From NCBI RefSeq assembly GCF_021869535.1, contig NW_026262679.1, positions 28,954,001 to 29,018,000 on the forward strand: 64,000 nt of DNA, in the 5' to 3' direction. Below are positions 24,780-38,421 of this stretch, in pieces; position 1 is the stretch's first letter; each line of letters starts with the position of its first letter. A program made the position numbers and the translations under genes. The notes under the pieces were generated by a model. That model was not told the origin of the DNA. It saw nothing but the letters and a program-made list of their open reading frames with translations, and did no database searches. The stretch is from Mytilus californianus. Lineage: Eukaryota.

Positions 24780-27700
24780 AATGCATTACAAATTGTGTCA
24801 ACAGGTCAAATTAACACGAAAGTACGAATTGAGAGTACTCGCAGTTACTGAAAGCTAGTTAAAAGCCAAAAACAATTAATAATAAAAAAAAATCATGCAT
24901 CAGAGACTAAAATCAATAAAAACACATCCCAGACAGGGATGTAGTGTTTTAACGCAATGGACAGTCAAAGAAGACACGACTTGTGCAATGCCAAAATAAA
25001 AGTAACGACAGGCAGTAGGATAGTTAAGGTTTAACTTTATAATAAATAAGTATGATGTTATGTATAGATAAAACAATTTCTAAATAGAAAATAAACGTGG
25101 ACGTGTATATACACATCCCAAAAAACCATTCGAAAAGAATACAAATTTAGTTATTTTTTAATTTGTTGATGACAAAATCGATGTTAGTGCTAATGAAAAC
25201 AATATTCAAAGATCTTATTACAACATTAATAAGATAACCTTTACTAATAAGTTTATTTAAAGGATCGATAAGTTTACCCGGATCACATAGTGATTTCCGC
25301 GCTTTTAGTACAATATTACCGTAAAATTTAGGATGTGAATTACCATTTATAATAAGTTTTCTACAGGTACAGCCAAATTTACTAATCTCTATGAAAGAAT
25401 TTAGCAAATGTTTTAAGTAATTTATGGTAACGAAATCCCTGACTCAATAATTTACCAGTGATACATTGATTACGTTTGTTAAAATCTATGACATCACTTC
25501 ACACACGGACATAACGAACGAGTTGGGATATATAAACACCGTATGATAGAGCCAAAGGAACATCGCCGTCTAAAAAAAGGAAAATTAACAATAGGGAAAG
25601 AAAATTGTATCTTTTGTCGTAAATTTTTGTATGGAGTTTCCCTTTAGAAATTTGTTAGATTTATTTAAAGTAAGCTCCTTTGGGTAAATTTCGGTAGTAT
25701 ATTTAGAGAATTATGGATTATTTAATGAAAAAATGTCATCAAGATAACGGTAGGTATTGTCAAATGTGTCAATTAAATGACAATGACGTGTCTTTACTGA
25801 TTTTGGCCATAAACTGTGATTCGTAGCAATATAGGAATAATTCTACCTACTACCTGTCGATACACTTTATCGCCGAAACGTACATATATGTTGTCCAGGA
25901 GAAAATTTAAAGCTTCAATCATATCTTCACATTTCCAGTAAGTGTATCTAGCATACTTTCCTTTTTCGTTACAGAAAAAGGCTTTAAACGAGTTACTGCA
26001 AATAAATTTGCAATGAGATTTTTCAAGACCATTGAATCAAATATGAAAACTTTTTCTTGATAAGATTGTGTGGAAGTGTAATGTAGAGTGTAGAAAAATC
26101 ATAACTGTCAACAGAATTTAAAGAACCATCAAAAGCACGTATTTATCTAAAACCTCTAAAGAATTTTTAACACTTCAAAAATAATTAATACCATTATTTT
26201 CATAAACTTTATTACAAAAGTTAATAACAAGTTCTAGTAGTAGTAAGGGAGGTACTTAGAAGCACTGACAGATTAGTAGTAGAAAACATACTAGATGCGA
26301 AGATGAAACTAAATTTAAATGGTTGTTTGTGTAATTTAGGTAACCAGTACATAGTCGAGACTTTCTAATGTTCGGAAGAGACTTGGAGCTGGGTAGTGGC
26401 AGTGCTATGCTTGTTTACAATTGACTCTTTGTGGCGCGTACGGACCTGAATGTAGAAGAATTGATAATTTCGTTTTGGAGAACTTCCGTGTAGTATATGC
26501 GTCACACCACCACTACATTACTGGCTGCTTTGTCTGCCGGTACGAATACAAACCGCTTTGCGAGTACTTGGAGTTTATTTTTTATTCTAGAAATGGGTAT
26601 ATCATGAACCCTAATATTATTAATTTCAGAATTGTTTTCAAAATGAGATATACGAATATCAACAGTATTCATAATTTTATTCAAATAACTGTCTAGAGAT
26701 TTTATATCAGATTTTTCACGTTTACACCAATTTTTACAATAGGCAGACAGAGCTTCTGTAATGACCTAACGACACTGTTTCCAATCTATAATAGATGGAG
26801 GACGATATTTAGGTCCTTTCTTAAGAAAAGTCACGGTCTTCAACGATGTTGAGATCTCCTGTAATGACATGACCATAGGGAACATATATAAACTAAATGT
26901 TTCACAGTCTCAAGTGGAAGGATCATTATTTTCTATACTGACGTCTGATGTTACTGACGTATTATTTAAAATCAAACTTCTGCTGGGTTTTTTGTACGAA
27001 TAGGTGGTTCTGTATTATCAAAATATGGAGGTATTTGGCTATGGATGGTAGAGTCATTGAATATACTAGATAAGTTAATAAAATCAATACCTCTATTAAT
27101 ATATTTTAATTTTAAAAAATGCCGTTTATGATTTTCAGGTTTATCAATACTAGGAAACAGCCTGTGATGACAAAAGGCTGTAATAATACGGGTGTATTCA
27201 TACAACGGGCTGAAAAATGAAACTTTATCACACTCCAGGAAATATCATATAGTTAACTTATTGGTACATGCATATGACCAAGTTTGCATATTAATTGATG
27301 TCTACTATTATTTTTTTTATTATAGATAACAGATCAGCAAGTGTATAATTAATACGATGTTTAATACGTAGATTACGATTTTTACGTTTACCATGAGACC
27401 TATTATTTCTTAGCCGTTTATCGACAATATTCATGACATCGATAGAAGTTTTAGATATGTTCCCCTTTCCCAATATTTAACATTGAGACCGAGAGGATGA
27501 GCTTTTCGAAGTCTTTTCATCCAAAATAGTTCGCAAACTTCACGGGATTTTTCAAATTGTTTGTGTGATTGTCCTGGTTGTTTCTGAACGGTTTCAAGTG
27601 GTTGGAATTTTATAAATTTAAGATTGTGATTATGCTTATCTAAATGTTGGTACATTGTATATCAAACTTTTGAATTTTTTAGGTCTTCGAAAGCGGTAAA

Positions 27701-28150
27701 GGTGCTCCTGATTTCTTTTGTGATATGCTCGACCCGTCTGTCCCACATACTGAATACCACACTTAGGCTGGGTTCAAGTTACCAGATAAATAAGGTTTTG
27801 TGTTTTTCAGGTAATGTCACAGGAAAAGGACAGCGAAAAAGCTCACCCGTTCACTGTTAACCTAACAGTATTGTGTGAAGTTATATAAATAATCTTAAAC
27901 AGGTTAGTAATTTTTTGGCATTGCACGGAAAAATTTGTGGATATCCACGTGCATATGGTTTAACAATCTGGCTGCAGAGGCATTGACTCCTTTGACACAA
28001 TTGTACACAGTGCTTAATGTAGTCGGATAATTGTGATAGGCTGCTGTAGAATTTATATTAGAAATACGATTATTTAAGCACGTGGATATCCTAGAAGTAG
28101 GATTGTTTTTCAATTTCTTTCCATTTCGTAATATCATGATTATTTAAGTA
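24780..28150 (-). mobile_element. Near full-length, degraded Naiad-type Penelope-like element (N-terminal GIY-YIG EN, CxC linker, C-terminal RT)
   Basis: Minus-strand order: GYPQIFPCNAKKLLTC; SCDIT*KTQNLIYLVT*TQPKCGIQYVGQTGR..QEH..YQH (GIY-YIG/CCHH); PST*DC (CxC); GHVITGDL..KGPKYRP; VFVPADKAASNVVVV; MYWLPKLHK; YDFSTLY; YRYLDDIF (~25740); C-terminus SHPKFYGN...NKLKNN (stop 25147). Several frameshifts. Confidence 0.92.
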
Positions 28151-29439
28151 GGGGTATAGGAAAAATAAAAAAGACCAGAGGTTGTAACATTGATTTGGGA
28201 TCACAATTACGGAATAAGAAATAATAGGCAAAGCAGTAAAAGAACTCTTACAAAAACTGTTATCAAATGCCCGACGCAAAGACTTAAGTAATACAAAACA
28301 GACATATAACAAACACAGGGCAAAACAGAGATTTTAAGAATTCTAAGTAAAACCATAGCAGGGGGCAATAATAAAAACAGCAAGGGTGGATGAGTTTTTA
28401 AACATCCCAACACGATAATATTGAATTAACAATATAATAAACATGTGAAAGTTCTCTCACAGGCAAACGACCAATAATTGTAAAATATAAGGGAATACAC
28501 CGCAAGCACGGGGACACATTCTACTGCATCCACACAGCACGAGCAACACACCCTGCAGTAAATATAAATAAGAAGATGTAGTACGAGTGCCAATGAGACA
28601 ACTATCCATCCAAGTCTATAATAGTTATACTTAAAATTAATTTATAATTTATCTTCGTTGTTTGCATGTACTTCAGATTACATTGTAACTTGTAGCAATT
28701 TGCAATTAAAAAGTATATTCAATAGCTCAGTGTATCAATTAAGCAGATACAAATGCGGATAAAAGAAGGCCAGACACATATAATAAATGCAGTTATTTTA
28801 CTAACGAACCAATTGAATTACTTAAACCATAATTGCAAGCAAAATTATGGATGCTATTTTGATTCAGTTTGAATACTTCACATATGAATATTTGTTAAAC
28901 GTCAATGGGTCAATGTTTCGAAGATCATACATGCAAAAGTCACCGTAGAACCTTCGACAATATATGCTTATTTATTTTATTAAAGTTTAGTCTTCATTAG
29001 AAAGACTGACTAAACCTATTTCAAAATACAACAGCGACCATGTTTTTCTGGTTTTCATTTCATAGTCAGTAAGGTTTTCTAATAGCTATTTTACATGTTT
29101 TAATTAAATAGATTTCTCAATTTAACGAATTTGCACATATATAATGGCCGAATCAGGTGAGTGGTAGTCCCGGGTCTAGTTTACCAATTGTGGGCATCTT
29201 TGTGTTGTAAATGTGAATGATTTATATTAAATGGTCTAAAATATTAGTTGGTTTGATTATTCAAAAAAGTATTCGTTTCTACTGTTATTCTAAAAATCTC
29301 GTAAAATGAATAGCTGCCATTGTCCGGATTACCAGTACTTATTAAGCACCACTACTGACCTCTTTTTTTGTACTCTTGCAGTAGAATTAATGATAAAGAA
29401 CCTTGTCAAAGACAAAAACAAAAATCATCTTGCAAAAAT

Positions 29440-29950
29440 CATATAAATTTCTCCTTTAGATATATTGATAGTGTTCTGTCACTCAATGAACCATGTTTCA
29501 ATGAGTGCTTACATCTCATATATCCAAGTGAACTTGAAATTAAGGATACTACAAAAAGTAGAAGGTCTGTTTCATATCTTCATCTTTACCTCGATATTTA
29601 CACAGATGGATGACTTCAAACTAGAACCTATGACAAACGTGGTGAATTCATCTTTCCAATTGTCAACTTCCATTTCTTAGCAGCAACATACCTTCTGTTC
29701 CATCGTATCTTGACACTAAATGGACTTCGTGAACAGGGGTTTATTACATCTTGCACAAAACCTGCTACAACAAAATTATGAGGATGAACGACTGAAATCG
29801 ACACTAACTGCACAAGTCTTACACTACACCTTCACAATTTAGTTGTCCGGCACGATGTGTCGGTGTCTCAACTCGTTTGCGACATGTACCGCCCAGTAAA
29901 GTCATCTGATCTGTAAATTTACCGACAGTGTCCTATACCCGACTGTGATA
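29440..29950 (+). mobile_element. Penelope-like element RT C-terminal fragment
   Basis: FSFRYIDSVLSLN...IYPSELEIKDTT...SYLHLYLDI...YDKR..F.FPIVNF (degraded YIDD motif and thumb region). Confidence 0.85.
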
Positions 29951-31914
29951 TTTCGAATGAGCGTAAATTTGCATATGTTTAGATAAATACTACTTTTACA
30001 ATTACTTTTATATTGAATATAACGGTAATAAAAATATAAATCCTAAATGTTCCAAATAACAACCAATTCCTTGCAAATTGGGAACAATTCAACATAACGA
30101 GTTTTCTCATTTCTTTTGTTTATTGTTCATGAAATAATATTTCTATAATGACCTTTTAAAAAGCATTCAAACATTATCATCTTTTAACAAAGTTTGAAAG
30201 GAGAATAATATGAATAGAATTACCAATTTCGAAAACTTCATTTATGAAAATGTGAAAACAATAAAGAACTTGAAAAACGGATTACATCAAATGTGTTGTA
30301 GGCGGAAACGAGTGCACTTTTATACTGTATTTAGTTGAATGTTCTACTCGCATGTCGTCATATTTGTTTACCAAAAATACTGAATTTCAAGTTAAATTCA
30401 AAAAGGCAACAAGGGGAAGTTTTTAAAAACTGCCAAAACATCAACTATATCAACTAACAGACTTAGTAGTATCTTTGATGCATTAAAGAGTAATCTAGAG
30501 CAGCGCTTTGTATGTAATATCAATGTAATGACCTTGATGATTTACCATGGTGTCAATACAATATATATATATATATCGATTGTTTACGTAGACCATCATC
30601 GTTTACAATAAACCAATGTCATTTGGTGACGGCAATTATGAAATAATTAAAATACGGATTCCACTGTAGTAACAAATTGGGATAATATTTTTCTATATGT
30701 ACACTTGATCATTTGAACACAACTGTATGGAATTCATACAATGAAGAAACAAATAAAAAAACTGTTCCTGATACTATTTCTATGGAGGAAAATAATATCC
30801 GTTACATAGCAATTTAACCAATCGAAACAACTATGATTTTAATAGGACGCTTTCTGAATATTTTTCTATTCTCTAACGGGATTTATCTCGTTTCTGTATT
30901 TGACCATTGAAAAATACATATGTTTGACAGAAAATATGTTTCCATTTGCAGCATCGTGAATTTTCTTATTTACCTTTCCGAAGGATGCAAGTCGGGGTTA
31001 GGGTCAATTCGTCCAGTTTCAATAGTTATAAGCTCCCCCTACCCACCCACAACCAATTTGACCATCCCGTCTTGTCAGAACATCTTGATGTAATTTCAAA
31101 GGGATATGATATCATTCTTTAAAATTTTGTTACCAATTTCTGTAATATATAAATCGATGGTTATTACAATTTCATCGTGGTTTAGGTGTTGTAATTATAA
31201 AAAAAAATATACATGTAATATAGTTTGTACACCTTCTATCGTTGCCACTGTTCATCCAGAAGGAACTTTTGCTACTCTGTTTCATATATCTATCACTCAA
31301 AGGATAAGATTTCGACATCATTTCTTGTGGTGACTTTATTAGATCTGTGAGTCGGGTTTTTTTCTGCATTTTTGTCAGGTTTTGGATTGTTATTTCCTTT
31401 AAAACTCCTCTAGTTGTAAGGTTTAAAAGGACATTTTTTTTTGCCCGACTGGAAAGATAGTCTTCTACAAATTCTACATAATGAATTCGGATGATGTTCT
31501 CTATGATGATCGGAAAATCTGCCATGTATTTTCTCAATTACAATGTCTATAGATATCCATTCCAATTGATTGATTATCAATATTTACAGTTTTTATTATT
31601 CATTCTATTTGTTATATATAAAATACATTCACTGATCTGGTGGCACAGTGTAGATCCTCTTTAAATTATAACAGCAAATAAGAAACAATGAAACCCAATG
31701 AAAGAGGATAAAAAGCATAGCAGTTGTCTGAAGTGTTAAATAAACCCATCTAGAAAAATTATACGAAATGTAAATTTAAAATACAACTGTACATCTGATT
31801 ACTTTTACGAGACTTAATTGGTTCGATATTTGCGTCGCAGCGACGTCTCACACTTCATGAAATTGATATATTTTGACCCAGCACTGTTGGTCTCATGCTA
31901 ATTAAGAATATTTG

Positions 31915-32484
31915 AAGTCAAGCGCTGGTCATTTAAAGTTCAGCGCTGGAGATGCAAAGTCAAGCGCTGGTGATGTAATGTCTAGCGCTGAAGATCTTAA
32001 GTCCAATGCCGTAGTTATAAAGTCCAGCGCTGTAGATATACCGTAACTACATTACTGCAATTTAAAATTTAGTGCTGTAGATATACATTCAAGCGCTGTT
32101 GATATAAAGGTAAGCGTTGCAGATTTGAAATCAAGCGCTGGAGATGTAAAGTATAGTGCTGCATAGCTCTTAAGTCCAGCTCTGTAGATTTAAAGAAAAG
32201 CACTACTGATGTAATGTCCAGCGCTGCATATGCAATGTCTTGCGCTGTTGATGTGAAGTCCAGCTCGGTAGATTTAAAGTTCAGCACTGTTGAGGTAAAG
32301 TCCAGCGACAGAGATATAGAGTCAAGCACTTGACTTTATATCTCCAGTGCTTGACTTGATATATACAGCGCTCGATTTAACATCTTCAGCACTAGAATTT
32401 ATGTTTGCAGCGCTGGAATTTATATCTACTGTGCCGGACTTTACATCTCCAACGCTTGACTTTGCATCTCCAGCGCTTGACTTT
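31915..32484. repeat. 21-bp minisatellite arranged as an asymmetric inverted (foldback) array
   Basis: Consensus about AAGTCCAGCGCTGGAGATGTA. Roughly 19 units run on + to 32327, then about 7 units in reverse orientation. The centre is GTCAAG-CA-CTTGAC at 32321-32334. Confidence 0.9.
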
Positions 32485-32554
32485 AAAAACCACAACTCTT
32501 TATTTGTATGAGCCCAACAATTCTCTGTATATTTTGAATTATAGAAAACTTTTA

Positions 32555-32897
32555 AATAGACAATACATTGGCTAGAGGTATAGGAGAGGGTTGAGATCTC
32601 AAAAAACATGTTTAACCCGCCGCAATTTTGCGCCTGTCCCAAATCAGGAGCCTCTGGCCTTTGTTAGTCTTGTATCATTTTTAATTTTAGTTTCTTGTGT
32701 ATAATTTGGAGTTAAGTATGACGTCCATTATCACTGAACTAGTATACATATCTGTTTAGGGGCCAGCTGAAGGACGCCTCCGGGTGCGGGAGTTTCTCGC
32801 TGCATTGAAGACCCATTGGTGGCCTTCGGCTGTTGTCTGCTCTATGGTCGGGTTGTTGTCTCTTTGACACATTCCCCATTTCCATTCTCAATTTTAA
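32555..32897 (-). repeat. High-copy dispersed repeat, family B (TGAGAATGGAAATGGGGAATGTGTCAAAGAGACAACAACCCGACC)
   Basis: Reverse complement of 44745-45065; fragment at ~40370-40490. Confidence 0.85.
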
Positions 32898-35800
32898 TAA
32901 TATGAGAAATTGGTTCTCCTAAATTCTATATATAGGGATTGATAGTGAAAAAAACATGAGGGTAATAAAAAAAAGTGTAGGAATGACTTGCAACACGATG
33001 GCCAATAGGAAAAGGATAAACAGAGAAACAAGACCACAATATAATATACAGAGAGAAAAAAAAGGACAACAACTCACAGAAACTGATTTATGACGAGGGA
33101 TAAAAAAGAACATTGATCTTTGGGAGATTTTTTGAAGAAACCCTTTGCGGAGTCGACGATAAGAATTGTGGAACGTGTATAGACTGCGTTTAAGTTTACA
33201 TACTTTCTTACAGAGGACACCAAAGACAAGGAAATAATGCCTAACTTTCATTGGAAAATTTTGTCTTGCAACAGGTCACCTACCAACTTAAAAGTGTTGT
33301 TGCAAGGGTTGTTACATGTGAACTTAGAGTTGCACACCATACACACAAAGATATCGGGTCAAAGTTTCCAAGTCCCATAGGGTGTGGCTGCTTATTTATA
33401 CATCCCACAATGCAAAAATAGCCACACTATTAATGATGGTTTTTTTCCTGCTGGATCAGAGAAGCCCATGTGCCCATATTCATATATGCTAGACACCCTT
33501 ATAGTTAATATCGACTTCTGCTGTTAAAATAAATGCCAAAAAGAACAATACTTAGAATGATTAAACCCACATTTAAACAACATGAAGATGAAGAATATGA
33601 TTTATCTGTATCCTGGCGATATGCCGGACTGACCAGCGAAGTTTCATATTGAAAAAGAAGTAGAAATGATAAATATGAATAAACCTATGAAAGAAGACAG
33701 TATTGATGTAGCGCATTTAAAGCCCAGCGAATTTTGAATCCACAGGATAGAGAGACTCAAGAAATAGACAAGTAAGTATTAAAAAAAAACCCGGATTAAA
33801 CAGTTTTAAATGAGATACAACGAACCACATATGCACATATAAAATATACGCTCCAAATGAATGTGGTAGATCTTTATAACACACACATGAACGATACCGT
33901 GACAATTAGACATCAACACAAAATACTACATTTTGGGCGAGTTGAAATAGTTGAATACATGTACTCTAAAAATAGAAGAAAACCAGTCAAAAACTGAACG
34001 GAACAAATATCCACTGTCGATTTTGCTGTTCACCAAATTGTTGTGTGCTAAAATCTAGAAGCACGCAAACAATTATTTTTTTATGCTCAAAGAAAAAGCT
34101 ATCTGGAATATATAATTATCACATTGTCCGTAAATGTGTGTGCCCGAACAAATGACTTCCGGATGATAACTTGATTTTCCCATGGTTGTTGATTCTAGAT
34201 GAAATCTCTTGAAAATATCTTTGAAATGTTCTTGAATAATAGCATTTGTTGGCAGTGCAAGCTTTTCACTTGGTGGAATTTATAAATAAATGGCGAAGAA
34301 CCCAATTCTTATGCTGAAGACGATTTTGTTTTAAATTCACTTTTTAGACGTGAAGCTACCTTGTAATTTAAAAAAAAGTCCAAATCTGACGAAAATGGCA
34401 ACACATTAAGAAAAAGTATATATTGTAAATTGGAATTGAAAATTTAAGTATGAAATTTAAGGTGCTTAAAATTGCTTTGACCTTCATTAGTCTAATGAAT
34501 GACAACACCTGACTATTGACATTCATTACATTTTTTTCCAATTTGACGGGATACACGTTAATTATAAACACAGATTCGACGCTTCGCTTGATTACAAGTC
34601 ATAGTTTCAAATGGTGGCTAACCTGTGCCAGAGAGTCGCTATTTACCAATCACAATTGCATCAGTTCTGTATTCTTCTAGACTTCTGAAAGGAGTTCATC
34701 AAAGGAAGTTTGGTGCAATAATGTACGTCCAATTATAAAAGAGACCACACAACAACAGACTTTAATTTTTATTTAAATTCAGGATGCAATTAATCATTTC
34801 CTTTTCTACGTCAGAGTCATTGAAAGCAGACATCCTGAAATTAGCAATAAGCAACAACATAAATGTTCTCATGAAATCCATCTATAAAGCATGGGCAGAT
34901 CATAGAAAGTAAGATTATACAGGAAACAATTTAGACAATGACTGTAAATGTGAAACAATGAAGCGGATATGAAACTGACATTGCTATTAAGATTGAGAAA
35001 CATGCAAGTTTTCAACGTAGCTGCTGTCGTTAAATTTGACAGTCTATTGCGATAATATATAATGAACACTTACATTTTCTAACTAAAAACATATGATTGA
35101 TTTTCATATTTTTCGTCAATGCATATTTTTTTATATAAGAGTAACGATTGTTCACATTGTTAAATTTTATGTTTGTAATGCAAATCAGTATTGCAAGATA
35201 TGTTGCCAAAACTGATATGTATTTCACAAAGAATTGAATTAAAAAACAACTGAACTCTATAATAGCGATATCACAAATATCACACAGGTTCTAAAACAAC
35301 CTCAAAATTCCTAGTTCATAAACAAAAAATATAATTGTCTTCCAAGTCGGATATGTTATGCAACGTACAACTTTGTTAAGCTACTCACTTTCATCTGCAA
35401 CATTTATTCATTGATAACTAATTGAAAGTCCTTTTGCCAAATCAATTGCCAGTTAAAATGAGCATGACTGTTTTTAAGAGTCATTCTCTGCAAGCATAAC
35501 AAATTTAATGTAAGATTGATACAGAGTTGCCGTTGTAATTGTCACCATATATCACCAAATAGGGAATTTTTCTTTGCATGTGAAACATAAAACATACTGT
35601 TCTGAAGTCTGAAGTCTTATTCTTTTTTTGTCAACATAAAGACAATGCAATATGTCTTCAAGTAGGTACGTTGTATGTGCAATTGTTATCTCCTATTCGC
35701 CAGAGCAACATATGACTGTTAATTGGTTCTCAGAAAACTGGTGATCATTAAATTCAAACATAAATAATCTACAAAAATAAATTAAAACACAATATCTTGC

Positions 35801-36059
35801 AATTGTACAGTTTGGATCAGTTCTAACCTCATTTAAAATCTGTTCTAGATTATTCGGTAGACCAGTTCTCCTGACACCTTTAGAACAGTTTCTGACAGAA
35901 GCGGTTCTCATCTAGAACAGCTTAGTACATTTCTACTCTAGAAAAAACATTACCGGACAGTTCTATATTAGTATCTATATAGAACAGTTTTGGATAGCTT
36001 TATTTATTTATATAGTAGTATTTAATTAATTTATACAAATAATTGTTTAATCTTATTGA

Positions 36060-37290
36060 TTTTACTGTTTTATTTTTCATTTTTGTCTAAACCTTTACAA
36101 AGGTATCGATGCCATCAACTTGAACAATATCCTTCATCATAAATCAGTTCACTCGAAAATACCTCCCTATTTCAAAAATCAGTCTGTATTTATCATTTCT
36201 TGTACCTATACCAAACCAATTGCAACTAAAATTTACAATTACAAACCCGTGTTGCAGGATCTCAATATTGGTGACTTCAAGTTTAAACCTCCTGATGGAA
36301 CCCATGCTAGTTCCCCATTCATATATAATCCGACTGGCCACGTTATTAATGGTGACATAAACATTGTCAATAACACTTTTCTGCGAAATGTTATATCCAA
36401 TGGCCCAAAATATCGTGAGCCTTAATCCATCAATTGAAAACACAACTTCAAAATACTGATGGATTCTGTGGAGGATTATGCCAGAACACGGATTAAAGCT
36501 GTAAGGTCGTTGATACAAATCAGAAAAATATGAATGGTTCTATGAATACGTATGCTACATCAATATTTAAAGACTCAAATGTTACAAAACTCATCATAGT
36601 TGCCAAGGTAGAAAATCTTTAGTATTTCCAAAAAAATAATATGCTTGATAAATGAATTAGGTATTGACAATTCACTAGGAAACTCAACATATACCCCACG
36701 ACACTTACCAATGAGGAAATCCTGGATATTAGTAGGTCTTTTCTATGATCCTTTGGAATTTCAACCAACGATGAAGAACTGGATCTTCCTTCACTGTCTT
36801 GGATACCTAAATAGCATTAGTGTCATAACAAACACCGTTATTTTGCTTGGTCTACCAAGTGTTCCAGGAAACTTCTTTCTAAATTATTTACATCAATGTT
36901 ATCAGCAATCAAAGGCGGGCATAAAATTATTGTGGAACTACTTATTCTAGAGGCGGTGTGAATCAGATGTGGATACTAAAAAATTCCAAAGATCTGTTAG
37001 AGTACATACAATCAAAGACTCTTTCATCTTGCAATATTATTGAAACATTTGACTATTCTACACTTAACATAAGTATTCCACATTCCAAACAAAAAACAAA
37101 TTCAAAGAGTTGTTCCTGCTTTGTTCATAAAAAAGTATGGCCAACGTAGATACAAATATCTGGTGTTAGGGAGGCGTACATTGTAAAAAATCTCTCTGAT
37201 TAAAAAAAACTGACTTCATACAGGAGCTTCTTAGGGAGAATAAAAAGAAAATTATCCTTCCGGAGCACCTGAGATCACCCATAGTTTTTT
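36060..37290 (+). mobile_element. Truncated, internally deleted Penelope-like element (second Naiad-like family; linker + RT N-part + 3' end)
   Basis: IPPYFKNQS...YNYK...PPDGTHASSPFIYNPTGHVINGD...GPKYREP; later WILKNSKDLL...FDYSTL..SIPH; then jumps to the CCTTCCGGAGCACCTGAG 3' module. Confidence 0.85.
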
Positions 37291-37578
37291 GTAAAAATGT
37301 TTCGTGTCCCTCTTGTTTTAGATTTTATTGATGCCTTTTGTCCTTTTATTTGATTAATGTGTGTGATGTTTATACCGGTAACAGTCTTGTATATTCTTTG
37401 TAATGAAAAATCGTTTCAATTTCAAAATTTCACATTCGGCCAAGTTTCATGGTTAGAAAATTTACATGACTGTTGGTTTATGAATTTAGTGATGGGTTGG
37501 GGTTAGATAAGCGTTACTTACTAATCCGCTATTGTCTGATGCCTACTCACTTCATATAACTTATCAACCTATTTGATA

Positions 37579-37780
37579 GGAGTAACACGACGGGTTTCAC
37601 ATGTGGAGTAGTATCTGCTTACCCTTCCGGAGCACATGTGATCACCCCGGTGTTGCTCAGTCTTTAGTTTTCTATGTTGTGTTTTGTATGCTGTTTTTAT
37701 GTCTTTTTTGACATGTCGTTGTCAGTTTATTTTCGACTTTTGAGTTTGAATATCCCTTTGGTATCTTTCGCCTCTCTTTT
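37579..37780 (+). repeat. PLE 3' end/pLTR-like repeat copy
   Basis: Homologous to 2912-3126. Confidence 0.7.
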
Positions 37781-38421
37781 ACAATGTCAGGTAAATTCGG
37801 GTTTACATGTACTCGTCAAATGTATGTCCAGCCTCAGTTTTGTCCTTTTAGACAATCCATGATCTATTCTGTAAAGACGAGAAATAATAATCATCAATTA
37901 ATATAAATAGGTGGTAAAAAAATAATAGGGACTCGTAATATTGTTTTTGTGTTTTCAAATAATTTTGGTGTGATATGTAGTTATTTAGTAGTCGTATGTT
38001 TTCGAATTAGACTGCGCAGTGATTTATGGACTCATTAGAAGGGAATGATATGATATTAAAGACTATAAAAAGATAAATAAAACTAACTTATTTTGGATTC
38101 ATTTAACCAAACGAATAACAAAGAAAAGTGAATGTCGACAACTGTCTATGGAACATTTGTCTAGTTTTTTTCAATGCATTGCATAGTTTAAAAAGTACGC
38201 AGTCTTTGTATTTTTGCAACTAATGTTGCAGAAGGAATGGACGATTTCATTTAGTAAATTTGTAGTATTTTGAATATTTTTGTAAGGCCTGCATCGTTTA
38301 TTGTCATCTTTTCTGCATAGACCTGTAGAGATCTTTATTATTATCTATTTCATTGAATTCAGACATTACTTTCAAGACTTCCCCTTTTTGAATTTACCTT
38401 GAATTAATGTTTTTGTGATTT

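Noticed and set aside
24912-24968. Hairpin downstream of the Naiad ORF as a SECIS (minus strand TTGA...AAAA...TGAT around an ACATCCC/GGGATGT stem)
   Set aside because: The core is TTGA rather than RTGA, spacings (14 and ~34 nt) exceed the canonical pattern, and helix II does not pair. Not accepted without a SECISearch or consensus check.
27843-27845. Fourth in-frame TGA in the GIY-YIG region as selenocysteine
   Set aside because: It is not at an expected Cys position (NG*AF); more likely CGA to TGA by CpG decay.
32069-32642. Heptad-repeat ORFs as real proteins
   Set aside because: They are a by-product of the 21-bp minisatellite; one start lies in an unrelated dispersed repeat.
33250-33500. 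Cys-rich frame (FVCMVCNSKFTCNNPC) on the minus strand
   Set aside because: Interrupted by stops; no supporting context.
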